From the NCBI GenBank assembly GCA_001643675.2, contig LSRY02000013.1, positions 558,001 to 622,000 of the forward strand: a stretch of 64,000 bases of DNA, given 5' to 3'. A program made the position numbers and the translations under genes. The DNA is from Monocercomonoides exilis PA203 (taxonomy: Eukaryota > Protista > Preaxostyla). Below the pieces are notes generated by a model. The model worked only from the letters and a program-made list of their open reading frames with translations. It made no database searches and was not told the DNA's origin. Below, one piece after another: positions 13,823-26,117 of this stretch; position 1 is the stretch's first letter; every line of letters starts with the position of its first letter.

Positions 13823-14953
13823 AAGTGAAGGGGGAAATGAGTTGTCTGTTTGTGTTGGGAATATGTCTGCTCTTCTTTGTTTGACTCTGTTTCACTTCAC
13901 AAAAAATAAATGAAAATTTGCTGATAAGCTATTTATTTACATTTAATTTCAACGAAAAGCGAAAAAGTATAAAAATAAAAAAAAAAAAAAAAAAAGATAT
14001 TTTAACAAGAAATGAAAAAAAGAATAATCTCAACAACAGAAAAATAAGGAGTAAAAAAACAATCCATTTAAAAAGGAAAATAATATTGTTTTATTCTGAG
14101 TCGTTCGAAAATAACAAGTTATATCAAACAAAACGGGCAAAAAAAAAGAAAGAAAGAAAGAAAGAAAGAAAAAGAAAAAAAGAAAAAAAAAAACACTTCA
14201 AAAAATTTGTGAGCATTTATGAAAACATTTCACGTGAGAGAATAACATTCCCAAAAAGTAGCTCTGAAAAGAAAAAGATAATCAAAGAAAAGAAAAAGGA
14301 AAAGAAACAAATGAAAACAAAAAGGAAAAGAAAACAAACATTTTTCTAAATTTTTATCACACAAAAAAAAAAAAAAACTTTTTCTGTTGGAAGCAGCAAA
14401 ACAGAAATGCCAGTCAAACAAATCCTATTGAAATTAGATGAATGGACATTACAAACAGACCAATCTCCCCTCGCAATTCACGCAAACAACACTGAACAGA
14501 CACAAAGAGGATGAAAACAAAGCAAAAATCTTCCAACAAACTTAATTTGAAGAGATAATGCGTATTTTAAAGAGAAGCAGTTCACAAAAAAAATAAAAGT
14601 AGAATATTTCAGTTGTCAAAGAGGCAATATCCAAAAGATAATCCAATCTTGCATGTGTAACCACAACATGCAAACAGACACCCTAACCACCGCCAATTAT
14701 AAGATAATTATTGGGAAAGCAAATACTAACTGGTTTTATTTTATTCCATTTCATTTCATGCAGGACTGTTACGAGCATGCAACAAGGGAAGGCAAACAAT
14801 TGCAAACAAAACGTGTCTCTATCGTTTTGCATTCAGATGGCTCGTCACTGATGGCTCATGGCAACAGCTCCAACAAGAAGCCAAAGCAGATTTCTCAACA
14901 AAATCCAAATTTGAAAGGAGGAAACAAATAAATTAAGACATTTGAAGATGGAA

Positions 14954-17633
14954 TCATCGCAGAGCATTTGAAGGATGCCGTGAAATGGAAGAGGCATCTT
15001 CGGATGACCCAAAGCTTGGTGAAAGTGTGTCAGACGAAAGAAAAAGAGGGTTGGGCCGTCTTTTCGACAGCAAAGAATTGCTTTTATTGGCTGAGTCGCC
15101 GTAGGTGTTGAGAGAATGAAGACGAGAAGGATTTTTCTCACTCGACTCTTCTGCTGATTCATCATTGGAATTAAAGGAAGGAGAAATAGAAGAAGACGGT
15201 GAGGGTGGAAGAGAAGAAGAAGAAGAGATGACATTGCCATCAACTGAATCAGAATCAGAATCAGAAGCAGATTCAGAGTCAGAGGCACAACAGTCATCAT
15301 CCACAGTATTCGACACAGAGATTTGCAGAGGCCGCTTCTGCAGTTTCGACCTGGGGGAGTTTGAAGGAGAATACCCGTCAGCATTCAAAGAGGAAGGGTC
15401 CTTGTCATTCATTGAGGACACTTCAGCCATCTCGTCCAATGTCTCCACAGAAGCAGATTTGACAGAAAAATCGCTCTCCTGAAGGGAAAAGGCTGCCCCG
15501 TTGCTTGCTGACACGTGCATGCTTCGCGTGCGTCTGAGCGGAATCTGCTTCGAATTCTTCATTTTTTCTTGGTTTCTTCTTTTATTTGGAGGAGATTGTG
15601 ATTTCGCAAATGTGACGTTCCTTTTTGCTTCCATTGCATGGGCTTCTGTTTTCTGTGATTGCGACATTTTCTCCGTTTGCGATCTGATTCGAGTCTTCTG
15701 CTGCATTCCACTGACTGCTCTTTCTGTGAAGCTTTTTTCTTTCTTTGCATCTTTCTTTGACTCTCTTTTCTGCTCTTTCGGAAGCAGCTTGTGCGACAGA
15801 TTCATTTCGAAATTGTGTTCACCTGAAGCGCCAGTCGGAGTTGGTGGCAAAGACTGTGTCTTCATCGCAAACGCTGCACTGCTGCTGCTTTCGTACTCGT
15901 CCTCAGACTCAAAACTCTCATCTGACAGAACCAAGAACTCGATGTCATTGTTCTGGAACCCTTCTGTCTGCAGAACAGCAGTGCAGTCTTCCTCGTCTGA
16001 TGTGCCATTGCTGAGCTGGCTGTGCTCAGATGAGTCGACATTTGCCCCATTCAACATGCGCACTTCTACTAGGCGCAAGGAAGGAGGCAGAGGCAGCTCA
16101 CTGGCTTGCGTCAAAATGGACGATGGATCGATTTCTGGATGATCAGGGTGGATGTGTTCGGAATGAACACGATTTTCCTCTGCTTCCATGTGAGAACAAA
16201 ACGCATCGACTGCTTCTTCATCTGCTGCGTTGCATCGTTGCTCATCATACTCTTCTTCTTCTTCTTCTATTCCACCTCCATCATCTCCTTCTTTTGCTTT
16301 TCCCAACCCCATCCCACAAACTTCAGCAGACTCTGGTCTTTCCTCCTGTTCCAACATCATCTGCTCTCCTGCTTTTCTTTCCTCCTCCATCTGCTGCATC
16401 AGCTGCTGATAGTGTTCTCTGGGTGTCGTATAATACAGCATCACCTGCTCCTGCGAGCACACCCCGTTCATCACAAGCATCTGCTGCGCCTGGAATGAGA
16501 ACAGCTCTGTCAGAAATGGGTGGTGCATCGGATAGTTTGAGAGGATGTATGGAATCGGCTGGATGTCGTTGGGGTTGTTCGTCGCAGGGAAGCGCACGGG
16601 AAGTTCGGGTGGTCGCCAGGTTGGATCGACCCATGTTGTTTGATCTTGAGTGAATGAAATGAAGGTGAATTGTTGGTGATTTTTTTTTAATATGCGAGTG
16701 AAAGAAATTGAAGGGAAAACAATAAGCTTTAAAGAATTTGAAAATTGGAAAGAAATAGAAACCTGCTAAAAACTCTTCCACTCCTTCTGCTTTTGCCATT
16801 CTTTCGAGAAGAGGAATCAATGAAGTCAAATCTCGATCTTTCTCATCGTTGAACCATGCCCCGATTCCGATGGTGTTCTGTGGATGAAACAATCCGCATG
16901 TTAAATTATTGTCAATCAGGCAAATGTTGTGAATTGGCCTTCCCAAACGCGACAAATCTTTCACATAAGTATCGTTGTAAAATACGCAATCTTCTCTGAA
17001 TAAACGATGTTTTATTACTCGCGTTTGGTCCAATAGATCAAGGAGCGGGGAAGCATAATCAGAAACTGACGCTGTAAAACAAACAATCTCATAAAGCATC
17101 CCCATTCGTTGAAGGAACAGATCAACTCCTGGTCGTTTTGAAACATAAATTAAAAGCGTTGATCCTTGAACCTCAACTGGGATAACATAATCAGCTCGTG
17201 GTATTGGCTTTAATGAATAATAATTCAACAAAACCAAAAAAAGCAATTCAATGCAAACTTTAAATGAACTATGAACAAGAGTTTCATCCAAATCTAAAAC
17301 AAGGCACTTTTTGTTTATATCTTCTGTTAAAGGTGGAGGAATAATTGAGTAAAAGCTTGCATTTTCAACTACAGGCTCAGGAACAGGAGGAGGATGTACA
17401 GTTTGTTCAGATTCCGGTGTTGGAATCATTATTTCCTTTAATATACAAATATGCAAAAGGAATAACGAAATATAACATATGGAATATGAATTAGATGTAA
17501 TTGCATTATGATAATCAAAAAATTATCCAAAATATAAAATGGATACCTGAGGAGGTGAATCTGGAACAGGATTTGGTGGCAGTGGATCAGAAACATTCTG
17601 AGATATCGCATCTTGTGAAGTGCATAACCCCAT
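14954..17633 (-). CDS. SCP/Psr1-like CTD small phosphatase (NIF/FCP1 HAD family) with long acidic/Ser-rich C-terminal extension, about 799 aa
   Basis: Motifs KKCLVLDLDETLVHSS, KRPGVDLFL, YEIVCFTAS, LFREDC, YVKDLSRLGR and IDN. Exons 17633-17547 (MGLCTSQ...), 17435-17259, 17207-16763 and 16644-14954 join in frame. Confidence 0.88.
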
Positions 17634-18352
17634 CTGAATTATTTAACTCCGTTGTTGAAAAGGGCTTAAATAAAAAAAGATATGATCGCGATCTTTACCA
17701 TTATGCAATACTTTGAATGATTGTGAATGAAAATACTATGAAAATGAAACTCAATATACCAACCTAAAAAGTTATTCAACAATTTTGTTTTTCTTTATTT
17801 GAAAAAAAAAATGATTTTGAATAAATTCAATAATTTATGAAACTTTCTTTGTTTTTAATCTTCTTGTTTTTGTTTATTGCCTGTCTTCACAAATCCGTTT
17901 TCGAATATGTGGATCTGCCATTCTGTTCTTTCGGAGAATAAAGAATTATCTTTTTAAAACGAATTTTCTTTGATTGAACAATCTTTCGGTTTCAAAAAAA
18001 TGAATCTTTCGCAATCATTTGGAATTTCTTTTTTATTTTTTTGAAATTAATTTAAAATTTTCAAGGTTGAAAGCATTTTTTAGTGATAAAATGAAATGAG
18101 TGGAAAAATTAGTATCTTTCATTCAGAAAAAGCAGCATCAAACTTTTTGTTCATCAAGAAGAATATTCGAGTCAAATAGCACAACCAAAAGCCATTTCAA
18201 AATAATTGAAAAACAAATAAATAAATATTAAATAATAAAAAGCAATCAGAATATCAGTGAAAACAAATACTTCTTCCTTCACAACCCTTCCCTTCTTCTC
18301 CCTCTTCTCCCTCTTCTCCCTCTTCTCCCTCTCTTCCTTCTCCTTTCGCAAT

Positions 18353-21300
18353 CTAACTCCTCTTCTTCGTGCACCGTGCATCGTTCATCACCGCCTCCAC
18401 ACTTGCCCTGAAAGTTGGGTAGTCCAGCGAATTCGGCACGTAAATCTGGTCCAAGTCGATTCTGATGCGCTCGAGGTATTTGTCTCTGAATGCGTTCTCT
18501 TCCATTCTGAGCAGCGTGTTCGGCACAACCGTCGTCGACCACCACTGCAGCACCTGCATCTCCATCTGCTGCTGCTTCGACACAACCGTCGGCGAAGGCG
18601 GTGGAGGAGGGAATCCCAACGCAGCTGAAGGAGCGCCTCCAGCACCCACACCAGCACTCTGCGCCTTTTCTTCGTCTTCCACTTTCTTCCTCGCTATGCC
18701 TGCCAGCACCAGCTGGATAACTTCGATGAGGCTGTCGTGCTTGGCGTCGGCGCCTTCGCCAATCACCAGCGACAGCAGCACACTCAGCGTCCGCTCGCTC
18801 AGATTGGCGTCTGCCCAGAACTTTGTGGAGAACAGCCGGTTGTGGTCGGCACAGCGGATAAAGCACACACACACGTTTTTGATGAGCGCGGGGGAAGGAG
18901 AAGGTAGATAGAGAGCTCGTGTGGTGGGCAGTCCAGGTGCAGCCGCGGGGACAGGAACATCCACAATTGGATCAATTAGCTGCACCAGCCCTGCAAACAC
19001 GTCCCTCAGAAGCTGCGGCTGGATCTTCTGCATGTGATAATAGAGGACATTCGTGAGCAGCTCAATGGTCTCCTGGCAGAATGTGGAAGACGGGGAGAGG
19101 GTGTTGATGGGGATGGCCTGCAGAGCAGTTGGGGCACCCACCGACTGCGGCGAAGGGGATGCAGCAGACTGCGCAGCCTGTGCTTCTTCTGTTGCCTTCT
19201 GGATGGCATATCGCTGAGACACACCTGTACAGATCTCCATGCACTGCAGGGCGATGCGGAGGGAAGGCTCAAGGAGCTGTGTGTAGTCAGAGGAAGGTGT
19301 GATGAGGAGGGAGAGGAACATGCGGATGAGGGCCGAGATGGGCTGTGTGCTGACCATCAGGTGCTGGCAGAGGCGCGACTGGAGGGCAGCCGAGGCAGAC
19401 TGCGGGGTGCCGGCGGGGGCAGCCTGCCCAGCCGACGGGGAAGAGAGGCACTCAACAGCACCTGTTGCTGTGGAGAGGAGGGAGAGCGCTGTGTTGATGA
19501 CAGGAGGGGTGAGGATGGGCGCAAATGCAGACAAGATTGTGCCGAATGCGCGCGGCAGGGCAACAGCTGAGCGGAGGCAGAACTGCATCGCAGCGGGTGT
19601 CTCGAAGGCGACGGCGGTGAGGTGGAGGAGAGGAATCACCCGCCTTCGGAAGATCTGCTCGAAGATGGCGGTGCGCAGCTGGGGTGTTCCTCGGAAGGAG
19701 AGCGTGGCGAGCCACGAGAGCTCGTTGATGGAGGCGAGGAGGGGCTCATCCAGTGCGACGGGGAGGGGGGAATCGGGGAAGCGGGACGAGTAGCCGGCAG
19801 CTGGGTGGCTCAGGAGGGCAAAGGAGCCCTCGTAGAAGGCAGCAGCACCGGAAGCACCAGCAGAAGAGGGGGAAGAAGAAGAGCCACCAGCAACAGAGGC
19901 AGAAGAGGCAGAGGAAGAAGAGAGAGAGCTGATGGCCTGCAGAACTTCGCGTGAGAGAGAAAGAGCGCTTTCGCAGAGAGGGCGGAGGGCGTCTGGCATC
20001 TTGGCGACGGCGCTGTCAGCAACCATCGACCAGAGCAAGTCGAAAGGAGCCAGAGGAGCATTGAAGAGGAAGGAGATGAGCTGCAGCTGGAGCTCTGGGT
20101 TGACAGGAGTGACTGGAGAGGGCTGTTTGATTGGGGCAGGGCGGACACGGGGTGGCTGGAGGAGGGACCAGACAACGGACTCGAGGAGCTTGTGCCTGTG
20201 GATGTAGAGCGGGTGGAAGGCAGAGAGGAGGGTGGAGGCAGGCGAGGAGAACGTGAAGAGAGAAGAAATGGCAGGGACAAGGAAAGATTGAAGCTGGGGG
20301 ATGGCGAAGAGGGCGGGGTGGCAGTGTGCGCGGCTGAGGGACTCGAAGAGGAGGGTGGCGTGGATGAAGCAGGGGGACATGAGCGAGCAGGCGAGAAGGA
20401 GCGTTTGCGGGAGGAAGACAGAAGAAGGGGAGACAGAGCCGCCAGAAGTGACAGTCGAGACGAGGGCAGCGAGGGACTGGTTGGTTGTGGTCTGAGTGTT
20501 GATGGCAGAAGAGAGGGAGGAAGAGAGCTGGAGGAAGATGAGGCAGATCTCGAGCAGCTTTGAGACGAAGGCAGGGCCATCGAAAGTGGCTGTCGGGTGG
20601 ATCGGGGCCATGTTCTGAGGGGGCTGGACACCTCCGCTCTGGTAGGAGAGCTCCTGGAGGTGCTGCTGGGCTTCAGTGTAGAGCTTCTGGCTGTGTGTGT
20701 AGAGGAGGGAGCAGCCGAGGGAGGAGAGGCAGTCGAGGCAGAGGCAGACACACTCAGACACCATGGCGAGGAGACGGATGTTCTGAGGGGTGAAGGCGAA
20801 GGGGGGATGGGATGAGGGAGAAGAAGAGGAAGAGGAAGAAGGAGAGGAAGAAGGAGAAGAAGAAGAAGACGCCAGTACGTTTATGAGAGAGGCCATGGCT
20901 GCACCAAGGAGCTGGGAGATGCCGAGTGTTTGAGCGAGGAACTCGATGTGAGCCTCGCGGGTGACAAGAGACAGGGCGTGGGGGTTGTTCAGGGGAAGGT
21001 CATTGGCGAGGGTGGGGAGGGAGTCAGATGAAGGAGAAGAAGAAGAAGAGGCAGAAGAAGAAGCAGTGTCGCCGATGAATTCGGTTGGAGTGTTTTCTGA
21101 GATGAATGGGTAGAATGGAGGGGCGATGGTGAGGAGAACAGAGAGAGCGAGGCAGCAGTCGCTGAGGACAGCAAAGGTCGCTTCATAAGCACCTGATGAA
21201 GGAGAAGAAGATGATGATGATGGCATTGCTGCTGCTGACTGGGAGAAGAAAGAAGAAGAAGGAGAAGGAGAAGAAGAGACAGCTGACAAGAGGAAGTTGT

Positions 21301-23931
21301 CTGTTTTGAAGTGCTGAGCCGCCTTCTGCAGCTGGGCGACGATGAAGCGGGCGAAGAGGCGGAAGAAGTGGCGGGGTAAAAGTTCAACAGGGTTTGAGAG
21401 GGAGAAGAGGGACGAGTCGTATACGTAGTGCCAGTTCGTCTTCTGGTGGCTGGACTCGCCCGGCGGCGGGGCGAAGATGGAGGAGTGGATCTGCGCAGAG
21501 AGCGAGGCAAACACGATTGTGCGCGACTCCGCCGAAGACGCGCCGAAGGAGCTGCTGCCAGAGGCGATGTCGTCGCGGGCGATGGAAGGGACGACGCTGC
21601 ACTGCGCGTTCAGCTGGGCGACACCCAAAAAGAGCGGGTTGAGCGAGAGCGCGCCATCGACAGGGGCCATTCCAGGGGGATATTGAGAAGAAGAAGCAGT
21701 CACTTTGGCGATGGTGTCGGTGCGCATGTGGTCGGCGATGAGGCAAGAGGCAATTTGAGCATTCTGGGCGAAGGAAGGGACAGCGAGGGAGAGGCCAGAG
21801 AGGGTGAAGAGGGCGGGGCAGAACTTGTAGAGGAGCGGGTTGATGACAGCATATGTTCTGATGGTCGCTTCAGATATCCCGCCGTAGCCAGCAGCAGCGA
21901 GTGAAGGGTCGATGGAGAGAGAAGAAGAGCCAGCAGAAGAGGCAGAAGAGGCAGAGGCAGATGAGGAAGACGCAGCAAGCGGAGAAGAAGTCATGGGCGA
22001 CTGGAACTTCTGTGTGAGGGAGAGCGGAGGATCCTCTTTGATGTCTGTGAGCTGTGCGCGTGCGGACTCGATGACGCTGAGGCAGCTGGCGTAGCGGGCG
22101 GGGCAGACAGCAGCGTCGATCTCGCGCCCTGTCCCGCGGGTGCGGGAGGATTCCGGGAAGAGGAGGAGCCACGGGGCAGCGGGGGAGACGAAGGGGGAGT
22201 CGGGGGTGAGGGAAGGGTTGGAAGACGGGGGTGGGAGGGAGAATTCGGGCAGAGAGGACTTCAGCGCGCTCGTTGGCATGCGGCCGGAGAGACGAGTGGC
22301 CAACTCCATCAGACGAGGAAGAACTTCATTTGCAACAACTAAGGGAGGGAGGGGGGAAGGTGAAGGGGAAGGGATGTTGAAGAAGAAATAGTTAATAAAT
22401 AAATAGATAAATAAATAAATAAATAAATAAGATTAAAAATAGAAAATATAAGGAAAATATTGATAATAAATTCAAATTAACTTTCTTGAAATCTCTTTAA
22501 GTGCCGCAAACCATCCAAAGTCTCGTTCTTGTTGTTTGCGAGTTTCAGCTGTGTCTCGAAGATCTCGTTCAGCGCATACATCGCGCGCGAAAAATACGAC
22601 TCCGGGAGCCAATGGACTGTCTGTGTGAGGAAGGAGCACAAGGGCAGGATGTGTGTGACGAAGAGGGACTCGACCTGTGTTGTGCGGGTGAGCTCGCAGA
22701 GGAGCTCGAGGGTGGTCTCGCCGATGCAGTCTGCCTCGTTCACCACGCCCTCTGCCGGCCACTGCGGGCTGTCGAGGGAGACATCCAAGTACTGTGTGAA
22801 GGTCAGCCCTGCTGCTGCCGCTGAGGACGGAGGCGCGCCGGCTGACCCGTTCTGAGGCAGAGTGATGGCCAGGCGGTGCTCGGCGGGGATGTATGTGCAC
22901 AGCGGAAGCGCGGCAAACAGCGCCTGCGGCAAGGGCGTGTTGTAGCTGGTGAACGGCGTTATCAGCTTCACACACCCGCGGAGTATTTCGAGTGCAGCAA
23001 GAAGCAGTTTTGTGTGGATGTTGAGAGACGACTGGTTAGTCGATATATGCGGAAAGAAAGATGTGAATGACATTACAAACGGATGCTGAGGAGGTGCAGT
23101 TTTGCTTTTCTAAATATTTTTTTTTTTTTAAAAAAAAAAGAATGGATTAGATTATTTGTTTTTTAAAATGAATGTAACAAACCATATTTGAGCAATAAGT
23201 TGTTAATGTTACTTCAATAAACTTCAACAATTTTGAAAAATTGAGTGAATGCTCTCCAGAAAGCAAACAAGAAACAAAACGTTTCAACCGAAATGTTGTC
23301 ATATTTGAATGCTTGGAATCGCAAAGTTCTTGCATCAATTCGGAAAATATGCTAAATACAACAACAATTGGCTCAGGTTTTTGAAGAAGGGGTGATATGT
23401 CGAAGGAAAACGGCTCTAAAGTTTGAGAGCCAACAATTGCAGAAAAGGTTGGGCAAGACTTGCAGATCAATTGGAAAAGACGATCAAAAAGTGTGCTGTC
23501 AATATCTGGAAAGTCTTGTTTAATAACATCTACAAGCACCTAAATATCATTTAAAAAGGAACAATATTCAAATTTGAGAAAATCAAAAAGAAAGATACTT
23601 TGTTCATCATCTTAAATAGATTTGAAGGCACAGCATTTGGTCCAGAAATTCTATTTTCAACATAATTCCACAAAAAGTGACGTATTTGATCTTTTCTTTC
23701 TCCATTAATTTTTGTCCAATGCAAAGTCACAAATTCTTGGCAGCAGCCTCCGCAAAACAAAGCGACAGATTGATTTTTCTCATTTATCTGCTCCATCAAG
23801 ATAGTTGCACAAACATTCCAACAATCCGAACGACGGAAAACTTTTAATTGCTCCTCTATTTGCTTATGTGTAGGTCCTGGATTTTGGAATAAAGCAAATG
23901 CTTCTTTAAGCTGTTCAGGGGTCACACTCAT
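18353..23931 (-). CDS. XPO6: Exportin-6-like importin-beta family karyopherin, about 1767 aa with many Ser/Pro/Ala insertions
   Basis: Exons 23931-23599, 23539-23183, 23109-22482 and 22338-18353. There is an IBN_N-like start (HKQIEEQLKVFRR...HWTKI...IRHFL...NKVLVDVIKQDFP). The C-terminus (RLFSTKFW...LLSLV...HDSLIEVI...DYPTFRASVEAVMNDAR) resembles the exportin-6 tail as I recall it. Confidence 0.7.
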
Positions 23932-24124
23932 GAAATCAACCTCAAGAAGTCAATAAATAAACTGTTATGGTACATTGATCAATTTAGCAATAAAAGTTTG
24001 CATATCAACATTATAAATTGCGATAACGAAGGACTTATTTTTAATATTCTTTTGAGAAATATACTCATTTGTTATCTTAATTTATATGAAATTTACTCAC
24101 AAAAAAGGAGTGAAACAAATAATA

Positions 24125-24524
24125 CAGTTATCGCAAAAAATACCTGCCATCGTACAAAATACCGGACAAGATCGATTTCACAATAGCTGCAAGAGGAATG
24201 ATTCTGACAATTTTCCTCAAAATATATCTCATCAATACAAACACATTTGATATTCAAGACCTTTTTTTATAGCTTCATTTGTGCCCAGAAAAAAATTATT
24301 ATAAAAATCTGGGAGAAACTCAAAATCCTATTTCTCATAGATTTTTATAATAATTTTTTTCTGTGCACAAATGAAGCTATAAAAAAAGGTCTTGAATATC
24401 AAATGTGTTTGTATTGATGAGATATATTTTGAGGAAAATTGTCAGAATCATTCCTCTTGCAGCTATTGTGAAATCGATCTTGTCCGGTATTTTGTACGAT
24501 GGCAGGTATTTTTTGCGATAACTG
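24125..24524. mobile_element. Tc1/mariner-type fold-back MITE (400 bp, almost fully palindromic)
   Basis: Arms 24125-24318 and 24331-24524 are reverse complements with a few mismatches around a 12-bp loop. Termini are CAGT...ACTG, flanked by TA on both sides (24123-24124 and 24525-24526). Confidence 0.85.
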
Positions 24525-25667
24525 TAAATAAAAACCAAAAATAGAAATAGCATATTGAACCAGGTTTGAATATGTGTCAAACGTTCATACGAAAAAAATA
24601 TTTTGTCAATTTTTGTTTTTGATGAAGATCTTGTGAATTTTTAATTTATTTTTGATCATTTGGGGGATAATATTTTTCTTCAGGCATTTTCATTGAAAAA
24701 TTATGAACTTTTCATTGACTTTTTTATATCAAAAAACACAATAAATATGAGTCCATTTTTTGACATTCGAAAATGTCACAACACTTTATGTTTTGATTTC
24801 AACGATGACTGTTTTCGGATAAGAAAATCAATTTTTTTTTAAAATCTGAGAAAATGAAATAAAGTTATGAGCGAAACAATTAATTTGTGCTTTGTGCATA
24901 AAAAGCTTGAAAGTCCGTGTTTTCCCCCATTTGTTTTGTCCATTTTGGACTGTCTTTCTTTTTTTGTTTATTTTTAACAACAAGGCCATGAAACACACAC
25001 AATGAAGTTTTATTATTCCAAATGTTTTATGTTTTTTCCTATTTTTTCAGGAGTTTTTCGCATTTCATCGTTTTTGACAAAAATCATGAAAAACAAAAAT
25101 TTTCTTATCTGTTGTTATATTTTACGACTAATATTACAACATGCTATGTTAAAAAGATTAAAATACATTTCATATTTCATTTGTCATTCATATTAAATTA
25201 TATCAAAAATGAAATGAACATATAATTAATAATCAAAAACTGATTGATACAACTATTGCAACAAGACTTTATAAAGCTTTAACCAAATAAAGACTTCGTC
25301 AAAGTATTTTCCTTTTCATGCACATCATTATAAATATGTAATAAATGTCGTATCATTAAAAATTATCAGTTTTTCATGATTTTTGTCAAAAACGATGAAA
25401 TGCGAAAAACTCCTGAAAAAATAGGAAAAAACATAAAACATTTGGAATAATAAAACTTCATTGTGTGTGTTTCATGGCCTTGTTGTTAAAAATAAACAAA
25501 AAAAGAAAGACAGTCCAAAATGGACAAAACAAATGATCAAAAATAAATTAAAAATTCACAAGATCTTCATCAAAAACAAAAATTGACAAAATATTTTTTT
25601 CGTATGAACGTTCAGTACATATTCAAACCTGGTTCAATATGCTATTTCTATTTTTGGTTTTTATTTA
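24525..25667. mobile_element. Second fold-back element with about 300-bp inverted arms; left arm interrupted by an insertion
   Basis: The right arm 25369-25667 is the reverse complement of 24525-24661 plus ~24928-25094. The central spacer is about 275 bp and has no credible ORF. Confidence 0.75.
24662..24928. mobile_element. About 267-bp non-autonomous element with GGGG...CCCC termini, inserted in the fold-back arm
   Basis: It is absent from the mirror arm (empty site gatcatttgttttg). It is flanked by duplicated ATTT (or CATTTG, depending on boundary) and has imperfect TIRs GGGGATAA/TTTTCCCC. A diverged copy lies at 59713-59977. Confidence 0.8.
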
Positions 25668-26117
25668 TTGAGTAACGCCATTAAAAAAATGTCCGGATAT
25701 AAAAAATTGTCCGGATTAAAAAAACCACCCAATGAAATTTTTTATGAAGTCAAATAAATTTTCGATGTGTGGCGCCTTTTATTTATTTATTTATTTATTT
25801 ATTTTTTTTTTTTTTTAACAGTGAGCATGTGTGTGTGAGTGAGTGTGTATGTGAAATGGGAAACCCGAAAGTTTATAAAAACACATGTTCTCTATTGCAA
25901 CAATTTATAAAAAAAACTTTTCAATTATTGCCTGAATATTGAAAATACAATACGGAAAAAGATTATTATACAATTTTAATAATGTCAAACGATACAACAA
26001 CATATTTCAGAGAATATTATTATTTTTAACCAAAAAATTATTACCAAAAACTGAAGTGTGTGACCCACAAGAATATTTAATTTTTTTGATCATGAAACCC
26101 TTCCACTTTCTCAGTCC

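Noticed and set aside
13918-14349. Lys-rich 143-aa ORF
   Set aside because: Translation of A-rich intergenic/UTR sequence between convergent genes.
18279-22391. Many overlapping alternative-frame and antisense ORFs
   Set aside because: Expected shadows of a GC-rich, low-complexity exon, with no recognisable domains.
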